Assembly (NCBI RefSeq): GCF_035594765.1
Contig: NC_085842.1
Coordinates: 22,234,782-22,298,781, forward strand
Reading direction: 5' to 3'
Length of the DNA: 64,000 bases
Source of the DNA: Anolis carolinensis
Lineage: Eukaryota
A program made the position numbers and the translations under genes. The notes under the pieces were generated by a model. The model was not told where the DNA came from. It ran no database searches and worked only from the letters and a program-made list of their open reading frames with translations. Below are positions 60,660 through 64,000 of this stretch, piece by piece (positions within the stretch are counted from its first letter, which is position 1; each line of letters opens with the position of its first letter).

Positions 60660-62040
60660 TTCTTAATAAATTTTTATTACATTCCTGTTCACTCTGTTAC
60701 AAAAGAAAGAAAAACCTTTACAATTCGTATCATTAATTCTTTTCCTTCTCCATTTCTTTATGGTCCCACCAGAGCCTCATTTCTTCTGGTGTGGGTTGGT
60801 TTCCATCTTCTCTCCTTAATGTTTCTTCAATAAATTTCTTCCATATACAGTAGAGTCTCACTTATCCAACATAAATGGGCTGAAAGAACATTGGATAAAC
60901 GAAAATGTTGGATAATAAGAAGGGATTAAGGAAAAGCCTTTTAAACATCAAATTATGTTATGATTTTACAAATTAAGCACCAAAACATCATGTTTTACAA
61001 CAAATCGACAGAAAAAGCAGTTCAATACATGGTAATGTTATGTAGTAATTACTGTATTTATGAATTTAGCACCAAAACATTGCAATGTATTGAAAATATT
61101 TACTACAAAAACAATGACTACTAAAAGGCAGACTGTGTTGGATAATCCAGAATGTTGGATAAGCGAGATTCTACTGTACTTTCAAAATCATTTTTTTCCT
61201 TAGGCCTTTTTAAACATTTAAATTACATGTTAATTTATCATTTATTGCTAATTTCCAGATTTCTTTTTGCCATTCTTCTACTTTAATTTCCACCTCTCCT
61301 TTCCAATTTCTTGCTATTAATAACCTTGCAGCCGTTAATAACATTGTTATCGAATTCTTTGCATTTTCTTTCAATTCGTCTGTTTTATAAATAGATAATA
61401 GTATAATCGTGGGGTTTATATTGATTTTTTTTTCTTCATAATACTTTCTATCTCTACTATAACCTTTTCCCAAAACCTATGTACATACAGTAGAGTCTCA
61501 CTTATCCAAGCTAAATGGGCCGGCAGAACCTTGGATAAGCGAATAGCTTGGATAATAAGGAAGAATTAAGGAAAAGCCTATTAAACATCAAATTAGGTTA
61601 TGATTTTACAAATTAAGCACCAAAACATCATGTTATACAACTAATTTGACAGAAAAAGTAGTTCAATATGCAATAATGTTATGTTGTAATTACTGTGTTT
61701 ACGAATGTAGCACCAAAATATCACGATATATTGAAAACATGGACTACAAAAATGCATTGGATATTCCAGAACCTTGGATAAGTGAGTCTTGGATAAGTGA
61801 GACTCTACTGTATTTACGTTCCCACCACATTTGAATGTACATCCCCCTTTCTTGACAACCCCTTGACAACATTTTTCTGAGCAGCTCTTGTCCATATTAT
61901 GTATCTTTGTTGGGGTCAAATACCATTTCCATGCCATCTTTTAGTAGTTTTCTTTTATTCTAATTGATAGATTTTTGAGGTGTCTTGCTCTCCATAATTT
62001 TTCCCAATTTCTTTCTCCTATTTTTATTCCCAGTTCTTCT
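60660..62040 (-). mobile_element. Decayed L1-clade ORF2 3' end split by two MITEs
   Basis: WKWYLTP.K, C...C, LLTAARLLIARNWK motifs. Confidence 0.7.
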
Positions 62041-63307
62041 TTAGCTAATCACCTTCAAGAAAAGGCAATGACCAGCTATCCTAGGACAGGAAGGAACTGG
62101 CTGAGTTGAGGGACCTTCATGGAATGAATTCAACATTCCAGAAAGGTCTCATTCTGTTTTCCACGGCAACTGAAAAAGACTATAGCCACTAACACAGGTG
62201 AATTTCAGTACACCAGGATTAAGGTTATGTGGCCCAGCATGTTCCCACTGATCTCTTCTACTAGGTGAGTCAACGGGAACGCCTGTGGTTTGCCACCCTG
62301 TTTGCCAGGAGCAATGCCCAAAGGACAACTCTGCTCAAGAGGCATACATTGAGGTGAATGAGTGAGTTTGGGATCCTTTTGCAATTTGCTGCTGAATTCA
62401 AAAGACTTCTTTCCCATAAGATTCTCAGTCCATTATTATTATTATTATTTGAAACACAACAAGATGAGTCCACAGCAGACACTCTACTGACTGTTGTACT
62501 GGATCACATGCCAGACACTTCCCAAGTGTCTAGGACTGTGTGATGTATCGGTGAATAATGTGTGCAGATCCCAGTAAGGTGACCTTCTGCAGCTGGCAGG
62601 TGGGGATTTTGTCAGCGCCGATTGCGTTTAAGTGCAGGCCAAGGTCTTTGGGCACTGCACCCAATGTGCCGATCACCACTGGGACCACCTTGNNNNNNNN
62701 NNNNNNNNNNNNNNNNNNNNNNNNNNNNNNNNNNNNNNNNNNNNNNNNNNNNNNNNNNNNNNNNNNNNNNNNNNNNNNNNNNNNNNNNNNNNNNNNNNNN
62801 NNNNNNNNNNNNNNNNNNNNNNNNNNNNNNNNNNNNNNNNNNNNNNNNNNNNNNNNNNNCCCTTCTCACCCGAAGGGACTCAGGGCGGCGTACAATTGGC
62901 AACAATTCAATGCCGATACATCATTAAAAACAACAACATATAAAAATATATTACAACCAATTAAATACAGTATAAAATATAAAACATAAAACATATGCTT
63001 AAAATCCGTTCGTCCAATATCCTCCAACTTTATATAATAATATAATCATCATCATTATCGTCATCATTATTTATTTATTTATTTATTTACAGCATTTATA
63101 TTCCGCCCTTCTCTCCCCGAAGGGGACTCAGGGCGGATCACATTACACATATAGGCAAACATTCAATGCCTTTTAACATAGAACAAAGACAAACAAACAT
63201 AGGCTCCGAGCGGGCCTCGAACTCATGACCTCTTGGTCAGAGTGATTCATTGCAGTGATTCATTGCAGCTGCTCTCCAGCCTGCGCCACAGCCCGAGCCC
63301 ATCATCA

Positions 63308-63922
63308 CCATTGATCATATCCTCAGTTGCTGTAAGAAAATCGCACAGACTGACTACAAACAGAGGCACAACTATGTGGCCCAAATGATTCATTGGAACT
63401 TATGCCTCAAGTACCACCTCCCAGCAGTAAAGAACTGGTGGGATCACAAACCTGCAAAAGTATTGGAAAATGAGCACACAAAGATACTGTGGGACTTCTG
63501 AATCCAGACTGACAAAGTTCTGTAACACAACACACCAGACATCACAGTTGTAGAAAAGAAAAAGGTTTGGATCATTGATGTCGCCATCCCAGGTGACAGT
63601 CGGATTGACGAAAAACAACAGGAAAAACTCAGTCGCTATCAGGACCTCAAGATTGAACTTCAAAGACTCTGGCAGAAACCAGTGCAGGTGGTCCTGGTGG
63701 TTATAGGCACATTGGGTGCCCTGCCAAAAGATCTCAGCCGGCATTTGGAAACAATAGACATTGACAAAATTACGATCTGCCAACTGCAAAAGGCCACCCT
63801 ACTGGGATCTGCACGCATCATCCGAAAATACATCACACAGTCCTAGACACTTGGGAAGTGTTCAACTTGTGATTTTGTGAAACGAAATCCAGCATATCTA
63901 TCTCGTTTGCTGTGTCATACAA
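63308..63922 (+). mobile_element. R4/Dong-clade retrotransposon 3' end
   Basis: HILSCC..YKQRHN and RLE motifs, (AAT)n tail; a related minus-strand copy lies at ~62432-62692. Confidence 0.8.
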
Positions 63923-64000
63923 TAATAATAATAATAATACCTTTATTTTTATATCCCGTCTCCATCTCCCCGAAGGGACTCGGGGCAGCTCACATGGGGA

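Overview
Vertebrate genomic DNA, very probably a squamate (Anolis-type lizard, inferred from Sauria SINEs and the Penelope, RTE, Vingi, hAT and Helitron repeat content), with three N gaps. It contains a minus-strand cluster of SCAN/C2H2 zinc-finger genes: three reconstructable 3-coding-exon genes (C 18129-13494, B 31384-24738, E 52275-46941) and an orphan duplicated finger exon (A) that is interrupted by an intact, very young 5.7-kb Ty3/Gypsy retrotransposon (4423-10111; 371-bp LTRs identical by eye, CCATG target-site duplication). The element has a single gag-pol ORF and a Tf1/sushi-type self-priming site instead of a tRNA PBS. It also has a consensus splice donor at the gag/protease border and an acceptor just after the pol stop, which would excise all of pol and give Gag a 35-aa acidic tail encoded by the PPT and U3; this is the most striking signal in the window. 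A two-coding-exon, apparently domesticated PIF/Harbinger transposase gene (40263-36886) with its own CpG/CRE/YY1 promoter sits inside the ZNF cluster. The right end holds a tRNA cluster (2 iMet, a divergent Gly-CCC, and Glu/Ser/Asn/Gly pseudogenes) that includes an inverted duplication. The rest is dense nested TE debris. All gene models, family assignments and alignments were made by eye and need computational confirmation.
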